DNA from: Thermodesulfovibrionales bacterium
GTDB lineage: Bacteria; Nitrospirota; Thermodesulfovibrionia; Thermodesulfovibrionales; UBA6898
Reading direction: 5' to 3'
DNA length: 64,000 nt
NCBI GenBank assembly: GCA_044450345.1
Contig: JBIOIY010000002.1
Location: forward strand, 154,887-218,886
The notes under the pieces are model-generated. The model made no database searches and was not told the origin of the DNA. It saw only the letters and a program-made list of their open reading frames with translations. Positions 19,538 through 29,144 of this stretch are shown here, piece after piece. Each line of letters starts with the position of its first letter. The first letter of the stretch is position 1. The position numbers and the translations under genes are program-made.

Positions 19538-20209
19538 CTATTTCTCCTTCTTCTCGGCCCCTTCCTCTTCCTTCTTCCCCTTCTTTACCACTTCGGGCTC
19601 GGCCGGGGCGGCGACCTCGGCTACAGCCTCGGCAGCGACAGGCGCCGCTTCAACTGCAGGAGCAACTACGGTCACGATCACATCATTAGGATCGTTATGG
19701 ACCTTGATGCCTTCTTCAAATATGAGGTCGCTCACATGAATGGACTGACCAACCTCGAGTTTAGAAATATCGACCGAGGTCTTTCCCGGTATCTTGTCGG
19801 GAAGACACTCTATCATGACTTCTCTCAGCGTGTGCTGGAGAATACCTCCATCCCTCCTGACGCCGATGGGTTCGCCCACTGTCGTCACGTGGATAGGGAT
19901 CCTCACCTCTTCCGTAAGAGAGACCTCGAAGAAGTCCGTATGCAGCAACTCTCCTCTGATCGGGTCCACCTGGTAGTCTTTCAGCAGGGCAAGTTTCTTC
20001 TCGCCGTCCTTGAACTGGAGGTCGACCATGACCTGTTCTCCGGACATCGAGTTTATAAGTTTCGCCAAATCCTTCTTTACGAGCTTTATCGATTGTGAAC
20101 CCCCTCCTCTATACAGGACCGCGGGGACCATGCCATCTCTTCTGAGAGAGCGCGCAACTCCCTTACCTTGTTCTTCCCTTTTTTCTGCTACTATACTAAG
20201 CCTTTCCAT
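19538..20209 (-). CDS. rplY: 50S ribosomal protein L25/Ctc
   Basis: GKGVARSLRR..VPAVLY; HTDF; two-domain Ctc form. Confidence 0.96.
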   Translation of the reverse strand: MERLSIVAEKREEQGKGVARSLRRDGMVPAVLYRGGGSQSIKLVKKDLAKLINSMSGEQVMVDLQFKDGEKKLALLKDYQVDPIRGELLHTDFFEVSLTEEVRIPIHVTTVGEPIGVRRDGGILQHTLREVMIECLPDKIPGKTSVDISKLEVGQSIHVSDLIFEEGIKVHNDPNDVIVTVVAPAVEAAPVAAEAVAEVAAPAEPEVVKKGKKEEEGAEKKEK

Positions 20210-20229
20210 CTTTCCTCCTCTGGCCGTTA

Positions 20230-21174
20230 CTATACAAACAGCGAGCTTATTGATGATTCTTCATGAATCCTTTTTATCGCCTCTCCTAGGAGAGGCGCGA
20301 TGCTAAGCACCGTCAGTTGCTTCAATTGTTCCTTCTTGCTGTCGAGCGGTATCGTATTGGTGGCAATGATTTCCACGAGGGCCGAGTTATTGATCCTCTC
20401 CGCCGCAGCGCCGGAAAGGACAGCATGAGTACACGCGGCAGAAACCTTTCTTGCGCCTTTTTCCTTCAAGGCAGCAGCGGCCTGCGTCATCGTTCCCGCC
20501 GTATCGACCATGTCATCGAGTATCAGCGCATCCATTCCGGAGACATCGCCGATCACGTTCATCACTTCGCATTCGTTTGCCTTTTCGCGGCGTTTGTCCA
20601 CAATAGCGATGGAACACTGGAGCCTTTTCGCAAAGGCCCTCGCACGTTCCACGCCCCCCGCGTCAGGAGACACGATGACCAGATGTTCCGTGTCATATTT
20701 CTTCTTGATATAATCAAGGAGTATGGGACTGGCATAGAGGTTGTCCACAGGTATATTGAAGAAGCCCTGTATCTGTCCTGCGTGCAGGTCTACCGTAAGC
20801 ACCCTGTTCGTTCCCACAGCGGTGATAAGATCTGCCACCAGTTTTGCCGATATCGGCACCCTCGACTGGACCTTCCTGTCCTGCCTCGCATATCCGTAGT
20901 AGGGGATGACAGCCGTGATGCGTCCGACGGATGCTCTTTTCAGTGCATCCGTGATAAGGAGGAGCTCCATGATATTATCATTGACGGGAATTGATGTCGG
21001 CTGAAGTACGAATACATCCGAGCCCCTCACATTTTCATTTACCCTGACCAATATTTCACCATCGCTGAAGGTCGCGACGGCAGCGTCGCCCAGTTGAATT
21101 CCAAGACAGGAAGCGACCTCTCTCGCCAGGTCGGTATGTGCGGTACCCGTAAAAAGTTTCAACCCCTGCGGCAT
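20230..21174 (-). CDS. prs: Ribose-phosphate pyrophosphokinase
   Basis: [35 protein letters not shown] 21174 behind GAGG. Confidence 0.97.
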   Translation of the reverse strand: MPQGLKLFTGTAHTDLAREVASCLGIQLGDAAVATFSDGEILVRVNENVRGSDVFVLQPTSIPVNDNIMELLLITDALKRASVGRITAVIPYYGYARQDRKVQSRVPISAKLVADLITAVGTNRVLTVDLHAGQIQGFFNIPVDNLYASPILLDYIKKKYDTEHLVIVSPDAGGVERARAFAKRLQCSIAIVDKRREKANECEVMNVIGDVSGMDALILDDMVDTAGTMTQAAAALKEKGARKVSAACTHAVLSGAAAERINNSALVEIIATNTIPLDSKKEQLKQLTVLSIAPLLGEAIKRIHEESSISSLFV

Positions 21175-21286
21175 GATACCATCCTCTGCGCAAAGAAACC
21201 GCCGAGACAAGGCAGCGCGATCTTCTTATTTGTCAACAGCTTCATTCCTCTTCTCCTTCAGCAAATCCAATCCCTTCATTCAATAC

Positions 21287-21361
21287 TGGCTGGGGCGGGA
21301 GGATTCGAACCTCCACATGGGAGATCCAAAATCTCCTGACTTGCCGTTTGTCGACGCCCCA
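21287..21361 (-). tRNA. tRNA-Gln (TTG)
   Basis: Cloverleaf TGGGGCG..GGAGA-TTTTGGA-TCTCC..GGTTCGAATCC..CCA; conserved ispE-tRNA-prs position. Confidence 0.96.
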
Positions 21362-21424
21362 AACAACTGTCCTGGGAAAATGAACAGGGACTATTGCCTC
21401 CACATCCTCCGCTCCATAGGTGAG

Positions 21425-22261
21425 CTATACCAGCGTCCTAACGACCCGACACCAGTAGTCTCCCATCAGTCCTGATGCCCGACGCGCCTCCTCTTCCGAA
21501 TGAAATACGCCGAACACGACAGACCCGCTTCCGCTCATCGAGGCGATTTCCGCGCCGTTCTCAAGAAGCATTTCTTTTATCTCGGCTACGATCCGGTATT
21601 TTTCCACAACCCCTTTTTCGAGGTCGTTAAAAACCATTTGCCGCAGGGAAGCAAAATCCTTCCTCTCAAGAGCAAGACAGAACAGTTTAATATCAACGGA
21701 TTTTTTTGTCAACTCTGCAACGTACTTTCCGTATGCCCAGGAAGCAGGGATTGCGACGTCCGGTTTTACGAGAAGCATAGCCACAGAAATCTCCGTCTTC
21801 AGCCTGTTTACTATCTCACCGCGCCCCTCCACAACGGAAAAAGGGCCTCTCATAAAAAAAGGAACATCGGAACCTATACGGACTCCGTATGCCATCAATT
21901 CTTCCTCCCCAAAGCCCAGCCCCCAGAGTTTGTTCAGCCCTATGAGGGTCTGCGCGGCATCGCTGCTCCCGCCCCCGAGGCCGGCCGCGAGGGGAATATT
22001 CTTTTCGAGGACAATCCTTGCCCCCGCGCCGTATGAAGCGTTCTGTTTCAACAGAACCGCAGCCTTATAGACCAGGTTTTCTCCGGCAGGAAGGTCAAGG
22101 TCGGAAACCAGCTCGATTTCAGGTGCGTCTTCAAAAGACAGGACATCAAAAAGACTGACGCACTGCATAGGGCTGACGATGTCGTGGTAACCGTCGGGCC
22201 TCTTTCCTTTAATCCAAAGGAACCAGTTAATTTTTGCAGGCGCGTGGATAGAAAATTTCAT
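21425..22261 (-). CDS. ispE: 4-diphosphocytidyl-2-C-methyl-D-erythritol kinase
   Basis: APAKIN, IPLAAGLGGGSSDAA, GSDVPFF, MSGSGS. Confidence 0.97.
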   Translation of the reverse strand: MKFSIHAPAKINWFLWIKGKRPDGYHDIVSPMQCVSLFDVLSFEDAPEIELVSDLDLPAGENLVYKAAVLLKQNASYGAGARIVLEKNIPLAAGLGGGSSDAAQTLIGLNKLWGLGFGEEELMAYGVRIGSDVPFFMRGPFSVVEGRGEIVNRLKTEISVAMLLVKPDVAIPASWAYGKYVAELTKKSVDIKLFCLALERKDFASLRQMVFNDLEKGVVEKYRIVAEIKEMLLENGAEIASMSGSGSVVFGVFHSEEEARRASGLMGDYWCRVVRTLV

Positions 22262-22294
22262 TGCAGTGCAGACTGGAGAACAAAAGGGAGAAAC

Positions 22295-24001
22295 TCAAAA
22301 GCCCTTTTCCTGTTTCAGATCCTCGATCTTCTTTTCAACCCTCTCCTTCAGCCCTTCCTCTTTTTCGTTATAGCCTAATGACCTCTTCCAAAACTCAGCG
22401 GCCTTTTCAGCGTTACCCATCGCATGATATACGTCTCCCAGGTGCTCTAGCACTACCGGGTCGTCCCTCGTCAGTTCCGACGCCTTCGTCAATATTTCGA
22501 GCGCCTTCTCCAGCCTTCCCTGCCTGAAGTAGACCCAGCCGAGACTGTCCATGATGAAGCCGTTATCAGGTTTGAGTGCAAGGGCTGAACTGATGAGCGT
22601 TTCGGCCTCATCGAGCCTAATGTTTTTCTCGGCGAACGAATACCCGAGATAATTCAGCGCATCCGCGTTCTTCGCATTAATTTCCACCGCTTTCCTGAGG
22701 TACATCACCATCTCGTCGAAACTCCCGGTCCTGTCCGAAACAATACCGAGGTTGTAATAGAAATCGTCATTCTTGCCGAACTTCTCGACCCCTTCTTTCA
22801 GGACCCTTTCGGCATTCTTATAGTCCTTCTTATGCACATAAGCCGAAGCAAGGTAAAGATAGATATCGGGTTCGTCTTTCTCGAATTCCAGAATCTCTTC
22901 ATACATCTTTATCGCATCGTCATCCCGTTTAAGCCTCGCGTAGATATAGGCGAGATGAAGAAAGGCGTTCGTATTCTTAGGCTCCCTCAATATAATCTCC
23001 TTCAATTCCACAACCGCCTCGTCGAAGTGCGCCGTCTCCTCAAGGACGAGGGCAAGGTAATAACGTACGTGAGTGTTTTGCGGATTGACCTTGAGGACGG
23101 ACCTGAACTCATCAAGCGCCCTTTCGTATTCCCTTTCCTCAAAATACAGCATACCGAGCCTCATGTGCATCTCCGCGTTGTCAGGTTGTTCCCTGCTCAG
23201 GGTCTCGAACTCCTCGATCGCCTTACCATATGATTTCTGTCTCAGATATACCTGTGCAAGTCTTTCCCTGGCCTGGCTGTTGTGGGGATTGTTGTCGATA
23301 GCTTTTTCATAATTTTCAACAGCGGCATCGAAGCGCTCCCTGATTTCATTGATGAGACCCAACTTGAAGTATGTCGTATCGAGAGCGGGCCGTACATCGA
23401 TCGTCTTTTTCAGATATTCTTCCGCTTTGTCGTAATCCTTTTTGTCGATATAAAGGGAACTCAAATAATCGAGCGACAGATAATCTTCAGGATCCTTCTT
23501 GACCAGTGCGGCGAAGATATCGACGGCTTCATCGATCTGTTCACTGCTGTAGTATAATCTTCCAAGAAAGCGGGACGCATCCTTGTTGTCGGGGTCTATC
23601 TTCAGTATTTTTTTACAGATCGAGATCGCTTCGGCAATTTTTCTCTGCCCGCTGTAGATGTCCGCGACTATCATCAGGGCGGGGACATAATCCGGATTAT
23701 CCCTGACTACCTCTTCCTCCGTTTGCAGCGCTTTGGTACGGTCGCCGGAACGATACTGCATCATGCCCAGCTGCGTCTTTATATACAACGACTTCGGATC
23801 GTAATCGAGGGCCTTTGCGTAATACTTGACCGCGTCGTCGAACTGGTAAGATAGAGAGGCCTCATAACCGAGCATAAAATAGTAATCCGCCTCATACGCA
23901 TGGCCGGGGACCGCCTTCTCTGTCTCGGCCGGCTTCACCGCCCGGACGGAACAGGCAGAGACAAAAACCAGGATCGCTGCCAAGATAATTCTGTTTCTCA
24001 C
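22295..24001 (-). CDS. TPR-repeat lipoprotein
   Basis: Lipobox VSAC; many TPRs; ALNYLGY..DSLGWVYF C-terminus. Confidence 0.9.
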   Translation of the reverse strand: MRNRIILAAILVFVSACSVRAVKPAETEKAVPGHAYEADYYFMLGYEASLSYQFDDAVKYYAKALDYDPKSLYIKTQLGMMQYRSGDRTKALQTEEEVVRDNPDYVPALMIVADIYSGQRKIAEAISICKKILKIDPDNKDASRFLGRLYYSSEQIDEAVDIFAALVKKDPEDYLSLDYLSSLYIDKKDYDKAEEYLKKTIDVRPALDTTYFKLGLINEIRERFDAAVENYEKAIDNNPHNSQARERLAQVYLRQKSYGKAIEEFETLSREQPDNAEMHMRLGMLYFEEREYERALDEFRSVLKVNPQNTHVRYYLALVLEETAHFDEAVVELKEIILREPKNTNAFLHLAYIYARLKRDDDAIKMYEEILEFEKDEPDIYLYLASAYVHKKDYKNAERVLKEGVEKFGKNDDFYYNLGIVSDRTGSFDEMVMYLRKAVEINAKNADALNYLGYSFAEKNIRLDEAETLISSALALKPDNGFIMDSLGWVYFRQGRLEKALEILTKASELTRDDPVVLEHLGDVYHAMGNAEKAAEFWKRSLGYNEKEEGLKERVEKKIEDLKQEKGF

Positions 24002-24252
24002 GTGTCGTCCTACGCTATATGTATTTCCATGGGTTGCCGACGCACTACCGCGACAAGAGATTTTTATTATGACACAAAGATTTCATTTACACAACGAACA
24101 GGCAGAACATGAATGGTCAGTAATCCCGGCCTACATTTAGGCAGGGGGCGTCCCTTCATGCAGACGCGTCAAGTACCTCGCGTAGATATCCCATAATGTC
24201 ACACTTTGCCAATCACCGATGCAGCCAAAATATTTTTCCCTATTCAGTCTGA

Positions 24253-24280
24253 TTGCATTCTTTCTCAGGGTTGGTACAAT
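24253..24280 (+). promoter_or_regulatory. Putative sigma70 promoter of yceI
   Basis: TTGCAT-16nt-(TG)TACAAT. Confidence 0.55.
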
Positions 24281-24332
24281 GCAGGGAAGGAGAACAGATT
24301 TGCATATAATGATTACATGAGGAGGAAAACAT

Positions 24333-24869
24333 ATGACGAAATGGAATATCGACCCTGATCATTCGGTTGCAAGCTTTGCGGTACGGCATTTGATGATTAC
24401 AAACATCCGCGGGACAGTGACCGGGGTCACCGGCACAATACTCTTCGACCCCGCTGCGTTAGAGAACTCTTCCGTCGAGGCGTCGCTCCCTTTGGCAGGC
24501 CTATCGACCGGCAACAAGAAACGCGATGAACACCTAATGTCTGCCGACTTTTTCGACGTCGGGCGTTTCCCTACAATAACCTTCAGGAGCACAAAGGTGG
24601 AAAAAACCGGCATCAACCGCGGCAAGATCACAGGGGACCTCACGCTGCACGGCGTCACCCGTTCTGTCACTATGGAGGCGGAATACTTCGGCCCGATAAA
24701 GAGCCCGGTTGATCTCGGCGGGGAGACGACCATGGGGTTCGCTGCGTCGGTTACCATCAACCGCGAAGACTTCGAGATTATGTGGAACCTCCCCTTTGAT
24801 AACGGAAACCTGGTGGTTGGCAAAGACGTCGATATCACCCTCGACATAGAGGCTGATTTTGCGGAATGA
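24333..24869 (+). CDS. yceI: YceI family polyisoprenoid-binding protein
   Basis: WNIDPDHS, RDEHL.SADFFD, GDLTLHGVT. Confidence 0.93.
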   Translation: MTKWNIDPDHSVASFAVRHLMITNIRGTVTGVTGTILFDPAALENSSVEASLPLAGLSTGNKKRDEHLMSADFFDVGRFPTITFRSTKVEKTGINRGKITGDLTLHGVTRSVTMEAEYFGPIKSPVDLGGETTMGFAASVTINREDFEIMWNLPFDNGNLVVGKDVDITLDIEADFAE

Positions 24870-24967
24870 AAAAGTAACTCGCGCAGGACGTTTACAGACG
24901 CGAAGCAACCATCGACGCGCATTCTAGGGCATGCTGATTACGAAATATTTACTATCCTAATATTCAT

Positions 24968-26146
24968 ATGGCCACTCCTGACACAAACTGGATTATGGTC
25001 CGTGATATTATGGTCGAATTTGCGGAGAAGACCGGACTCTCTTCGGCAGGATTATCACAGGAGCGTTACCTATGGACCGATGCCTTTGCGGTATGCAACT
25101 TCCTCGGACTTCATCGTAAAACCGGCGATGAGCAGTACAGACATTTGGCCCGGCTCCTTGTCGATCAGGTGCATGCCGTATTGGGCCGGCACCGCAGAGA
25201 TGACGAACGAACCGGCTGGATAAGCGGCCTCAGCGACGAGGAAGGCCGGAGACATCCCACAAAGGGCGGACTCAGGATCGGGAAGAAGATGAGAGAGAGG
25301 GGACCGGCCGAACCCTTCGACGAGCGTTTGGAATGGGACCGGGACGGGCAGTACTTCCATTACCTGACGCAGTGGATGCACGCCGTCGATAGTGTGAGTA
25401 GAGTTATTGGGGACCCGACCTATAGCAGGTGGGCATTAGAACTTGCAAAGGTGGCACATGCGAGGTTTACCTACGCACCGCGTGAGGCGAAAGAGAAACG
25501 TCTCTACTGGAAGATGAGTATAGACCTCACATATCCTCTCGTATCATCCATGGGACATCACGATCCCCTTGAAGGACTCATTACTTACAGCGAGCTTCAG
25601 GCGACTGCGGGAAAATTGTCAGGACAATCACCGTCGCGGGAACTCAGCAGAGAGATCGCGGACATGGTCGCGATTTGTGAAGGTAAAGACTGGGCAACCG
25701 ACGACCCCCTCGGCATTGGCGGTCTCCTGATCGGCGCCTACAGGATGACACCGCTGATCCTTGCAGGCGGCTTCCCGCGCCCTGACCTCTTTGAGGTTGT
25801 ATTGGAAGATTCCCTGACGGGTTTAGAATCCTTTGATAGACAATCTCTACTAGAGCTGCCCGCCGATTATCGGCTGGCATTTCGGGAGCTTGGACTGTCC
25901 ATCGGATTGCAGGCCATTCAGAAACTGCAGGGTTTGGTCCGCCAGTATCCGGACGTTTTCAGAAAGCCTTCCGTTCATTCTCTCATCAAGAGCTTCGAGC
26001 GATACGCCAGACTGAGTAAGGCGATCAATGCATTTTGGCTTGAGGATAAAAACCGGGAATCCCCCGCCTGGTCGGAGCATGGAAATATAAATATGGTGAT
26101 GCTGGCAACCAGCCTGGCACCTGATGGGTATCTTTCGCTTCAATGA
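24968..26146 (+). CDS. Conserved hypothetical protein, possibly six-hairpin glycosidase-like
   Basis: 392-aa ORF with RYLWTDAFAV, DGQYFHYLTQW, RLAFRELGL motifs. Confidence 0.7.
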   Translation: MATPDTNWIMVRDIMVEFAEKTGLSSAGLSQERYLWTDAFAVCNFLGLHRKTGDEQYRHLARLLVDQVHAVLGRHRRDDERTGWISGLSDEEGRRHPTKGGLRIGKKMRERGPAEPFDERLEWDRDGQYFHYLTQWMHAVDSVSRVIGDPTYSRWALELAKVAHARFTYAPREAKEKRLYWKMSIDLTYPLVSSMGHHDPLEGLITYSELQATAGKLSGQSPSRELSREIADMVAICEGKDWATDDPLGIGGLLIGAYRMTPLILAGGFPRPDLFEVVLEDSLTGLESFDRQSLLELPADYRLAFRELGLSIGLQAIQKLQGLVRQYPDVFRKPSVHSLIKSFERYARLSKAINAFWLEDKNRESPAWSEHGNINMVMLATSLAPDGYLSLQ

Positions 26147-26228
26147 TCAGACCTGTCCATATCCGCAACTTGCGTGAAACGGTAAAATAATACATCAGGT
26201 CATCAGAATATTTATTGAGAGGTCGGCA

Positions 26229-27134
26229 ATGGAAGAAAACAGGATAGAAATTGATAGGGATCTTTGCAATGGTTGCGGGTTATGCGTCACCGTGTGCCCC
26301 ACGGGGACCATCTCACTCATAGAAGGAAAGGCGGCTGTCTCGGGAGGGGAGTCGATCTCTTGCGGACATTGCGAGGCGGTATGTCCACAGGAGGCGATCC
26401 GAGTCACCGCAATTGATGAAGAGATGTCACGGTATACGACTTTCGTCACGGAGAAACAGTGGCTTCCTCCGGGAAAATACAGTACATCCGGTTTGGTACA
26501 GCTTATGGCATCGCGCCGGTCCTGCCGTTGTTTCACCGACCGGCCCGTAGACCGGGCCATGATCGAAGACCTCGTAAAGATCGGTATCACCGCACCGTCC
26601 GGAACCAACAGTCAGTCCTGGACTTTTACCATTTTGCCGACGAGGAAGGCGGTAAAATCCCTTGCAGGACACATCTCGTCCTATTTCGGGAGATTAAACA
26701 ATACCGCGGAGAAGACCATGCTTCGAATGTTTCTCAAGCTAATAGGCAAAGGAGAACTCGATGCCTATTACCGCGGATATTACCGGAAGGTGAAGGAGGC
26801 ACTTGAAGAATGGCATGGATCAGGCAAAGACCGCCTCTTTCACGGCAGCACGGCTGCCATTCTTATCGGATCTAAGCCGGGAGCAAGCTGTCCGGCTGAG
26901 GACGCCTTGCTCGCAACGCAAAACATCCTGCTTGCCGCCCATAGCATGGGACTCGGCTCTTGTCTCATCGGATATGCCGTAGCAGCAATGAGGAAAGATC
27001 CTTCGATCCGGCAGTCTATCGGCATTCGGCCGGAAGAGGAAATTCACGCGGTTATCGCCCTCGGACATCCCGACGAAGTCTATCAGCGGATAGCCGGGCG
27101 CAAGAAAGTGACGCCGAGATATTTCGAGGGCTGA
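26229..27134 (+). CDS. Nitroreductase with N-terminal 2x[4Fe-4S]-type ferredoxin domain
   Basis: CNGCGLCVTVCP; SISCGHCEAVCP; RRSCR; APSGTNSQ. Confidence 0.92.
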   Translation: MEENRIEIDRDLCNGCGLCVTVCPTGTISLIEGKAAVSGGESISCGHCEAVCPQEAIRVTAIDEEMSRYTTFVTEKQWLPPGKYSTSGLVQLMASRRSCRCFTDRPVDRAMIEDLVKIGITAPSGTNSQSWTFTILPTRKAVKSLAGHISSYFGRLNNTAEKTMLRMFLKLIGKGELDAYYRGYYRKVKEALEEWHGSGKDRLFHGSTAAILIGSKPGASCPAEDALLATQNILLAAHSMGLGSCLIGYAVAAMRKDPSIRQSIGIRPEEEIHAVIALGHPDEVYQRIAGRKKVTPRYFEG

Positions 27135-27276
27135 CAACCGGGACAGAGACCCCGTATTTCAGGCAGTTTGCTTTACCTGATAACAAACTCCATAACACTG
27201 TCCCCATGGGCTGAATATAGCATACCCGGGGAAATTCATAAAGGATAGAGTTCAGTTTGAGGCAGCGCTTTTCCTC

Positions 27277-28497
27277 TCACGGTATCTCCGGAAATTTGAT
27301 TACCAACTCTTCCCCGGTCAGGGCCTCGGTGAGGAATATCTTCAGGTCCTTCTTTTCTTCAGCGGTCAGTCCGAGCGGCTTCAGCGAGGTGTTGCCCTCG
27401 CCCCCTCCCCTGTCGAAGAAATCGATGACCTGATCAAGCGCCTCAAACACGCCGTTATGCATATAGGGGCCGGTCTTTGAGATGTCACGAAGCATCGGAG
27501 TCCTGAACGCCTTCCAGTCTTTCTTGTCCTTCGTGATAAGATATCTTCCGGGGTCTTCTTTGAGGTTGCGGTAATCGTCATAATGGTAGACCTTTGCAAC
27601 AAACCTCATCGTAGCAGTCACCATAGGATCGTTTAGCAGCTTCGGGTTTTCCGGCACATTAAGGGCATAGAATTTATCGTCCGTCAGGTCAGCACCGTAA
27701 TGGCAGTCGATACACCTTCCTTTGCCTTTGAAAACCTCCAGGCCCTTCTTCGCATCGGTTGAAAGGGCTTTAACATCGCCCTTCAAAAATAGGTCGAGAG
27801 GGGTATTTTTAGAAATCAGCGTCCTTTCGAAAGAGGCGATGGCCATCGCGATCCGCTCCCTTGTTACCTCTCCGTTAAAGACCTTCCTGAACTCTCCGGC
27901 ATATTCCGGCACAGTCCGTATATGTTCTTCGAGATAGTCGAGGTTTTTGTTCATCTCGAAGGCGGACATCATCGGGAAAAGCGCCTGTTCCTCGAGGGTC
28001 TGTGCCCTTCCGTCATGGAACAGGTGTTTGCGGTAAGCGATGTTGATAAGCGTCGGTGAATTTCTCCAGTTCTTTGTGGTCGGATAACTGAGGGATATGT
28101 CGAGCCCGTCCGTGAAGGCCAGCTCGGGGTTATGGCATGTGGCGCAGCTCATCGTGCCGTCACCCGAAAGCCTCCTGTCGAAGAACAATTTTTTCCCGAG
28201 TTCTATCTTTTCCGGCGTCTGGGCATTATTCGCAGGAACAGGCACAGACCGAAGAGGCTCAAGGCCTGCCGCATGTGCCGGACATGGGAACATGCCCTGC
28301 AGCATCAAGAAAAGCATGAAAATCGCTATATAGAGTCTGTGTATAAATGCCGTTTGTTCGTCATGCCCGAAGTTCTTGGTCGGGCATCCATGTCCGTATT
28401 CCCTGGATTCCCGCCTTCGCGGGAATGACAGCCTTTTAAAAAAGCGTAGTTTATGCTGAGACTCTAAATGGCGCAGGGCATCTCTATCTCTTCGCAT
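27277..28497 (-). CDS. Diheme cytochrome c peroxidase/MauG-superfamily protein
   Basis: LGKKLFFDRRLS, CATCH, RNSPTL, CIDCH, FRTPMLR, PYMHNG; GAGGAG RBS inside the upstream gene. Confidence 0.9.
   Translation of the reverse strand: MRRDRDALRHLESQHKLRFFKRLSFPRRRESREYGHGCPTKNFGHDEQTAFIHRLYIAIFMLFLMLQGMFPCPAHAAGLEPLRSVPVPANNAQTPEKIELGKKLFFDRRLSGDGTMSCATCHNPELAFTDGLDISLSYPTTKNWRNSPTLINIAYRKHLFHDGRAQTLEEQALFPMMSAFEMNKNLDYLEEHIRTVPEYAGEFRKVFNGEVTRERIAMAIASFERTLISKNTPLDLFLKGDVKALSTDAKKGLEVFKGKGRCIDCHYGADLTDDKFYALNVPENPKLLNDPMVTATMRFVAKVYHYDDYRNLKEDPGRYLITKDKKDWKAFRTPMLRDISKTGPYMHNGVFEALDQVIDFFDRGGGEGNTSLKPLGLTAEEKKDLKIFLTEALTGEELVIKFPEIP
28331..28466. mobile_element. Composite MITE (terminal inverted repeats plus internal GTCAT-type REP hairpins) in frame within the peroxidase N-terminus
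   Basis: TAGAGTCTgtgtATAAA...TTTATgctgAGACTCTA around GTCATGCCCGA..TCGGGCAT and ATTCCCGccttcgCGGGAATGAC. Confidence 0.75.
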
Positions 28498-29074
28498 TTT
28501 TCAACTCCTCTTCCACGATCTTTTTCAGGTAATCATACGGAACGTCCCCGACGACTTTTCTCCCGTTGATAAAGAAGGTCGGCGTACTGTAAAGATCAAG
28601 GGAAAGGGCAAGTTTTTTGTCCCGCTCTATCAGGGCGGAGTGTCTCATCTTATCAATGCTGTCAGTGAATGTCTTTGTGTCAAGCCCGATCTCTTTTGCA
28701 TATTTTATCAGGCTGTCCCTGTCGAGCTTTGGCGAATTCTTCAGGAGCGTGTCGTGCATCTCCCAGTATCTTCCCTGATCGGCAGCCGCCAGGGAGGCCT
28801 CTGCCGCAATATGCGAGTAGTCGCGGTATTTGTACGGGTAGTTTTTGATCACAAGTCTTACCTTGCCTTTAAAGGCATCCATGATCTTCCTGACGGTCGG
28901 ACCGGCCGCCTTACAGTGCGGTCACTGAAAGTCGAGGAACTCTATGATGGTAACGGGCGCATTCGCCGGTCCCAGCTGCGGCGAGTCTGCGAGCGGGACC
29001 TCAAAACGTTTTCCCTCGGCGAAGGCCATCGAAAAAGAGAGCAGGAACAAGACCGTTAAAGCTGTTTTTTTCAT
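28484..29074 (-). CDS. Exported DsbA/DsbG-like thioredoxin-fold selenoprotein (UPHC), 196 aa
   Basis: AAGGAG RBS; signal peptide MKKTALTVLFLLSFSMAFA; GPANAPVTIIEFLDFQ-TGA(28922-28924)-PHC; STPTFFING. Confidence 0.9.
28892..28910 (-). promoter_or_regulatory. Bacterial SECIS hairpin of the DsbA-like gene
   Basis: GGCGGCCGGTCCGACCGTC stem-loop beginning 11 nt after the UGA, with apical GGUC. Confidence 0.75.
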
Positions 29075-29095
29075 CGCGGATTCTCCTTGGCTGAC

Positions 29096-29131
29096 AAAAA
29101 AGGCAGGACACCTTGACGTGTCCCGCCTTTT
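29096..29131 (-). terminator. Terminator-like hairpin after the NrfD-family gene
   Basis: AAAAGGCGGGACAC-gtcaag-GTGTCCTGCCTTTTTT. Confidence 0.8.
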
Positions 29132-29144
29132 CAGATTTTACGTC

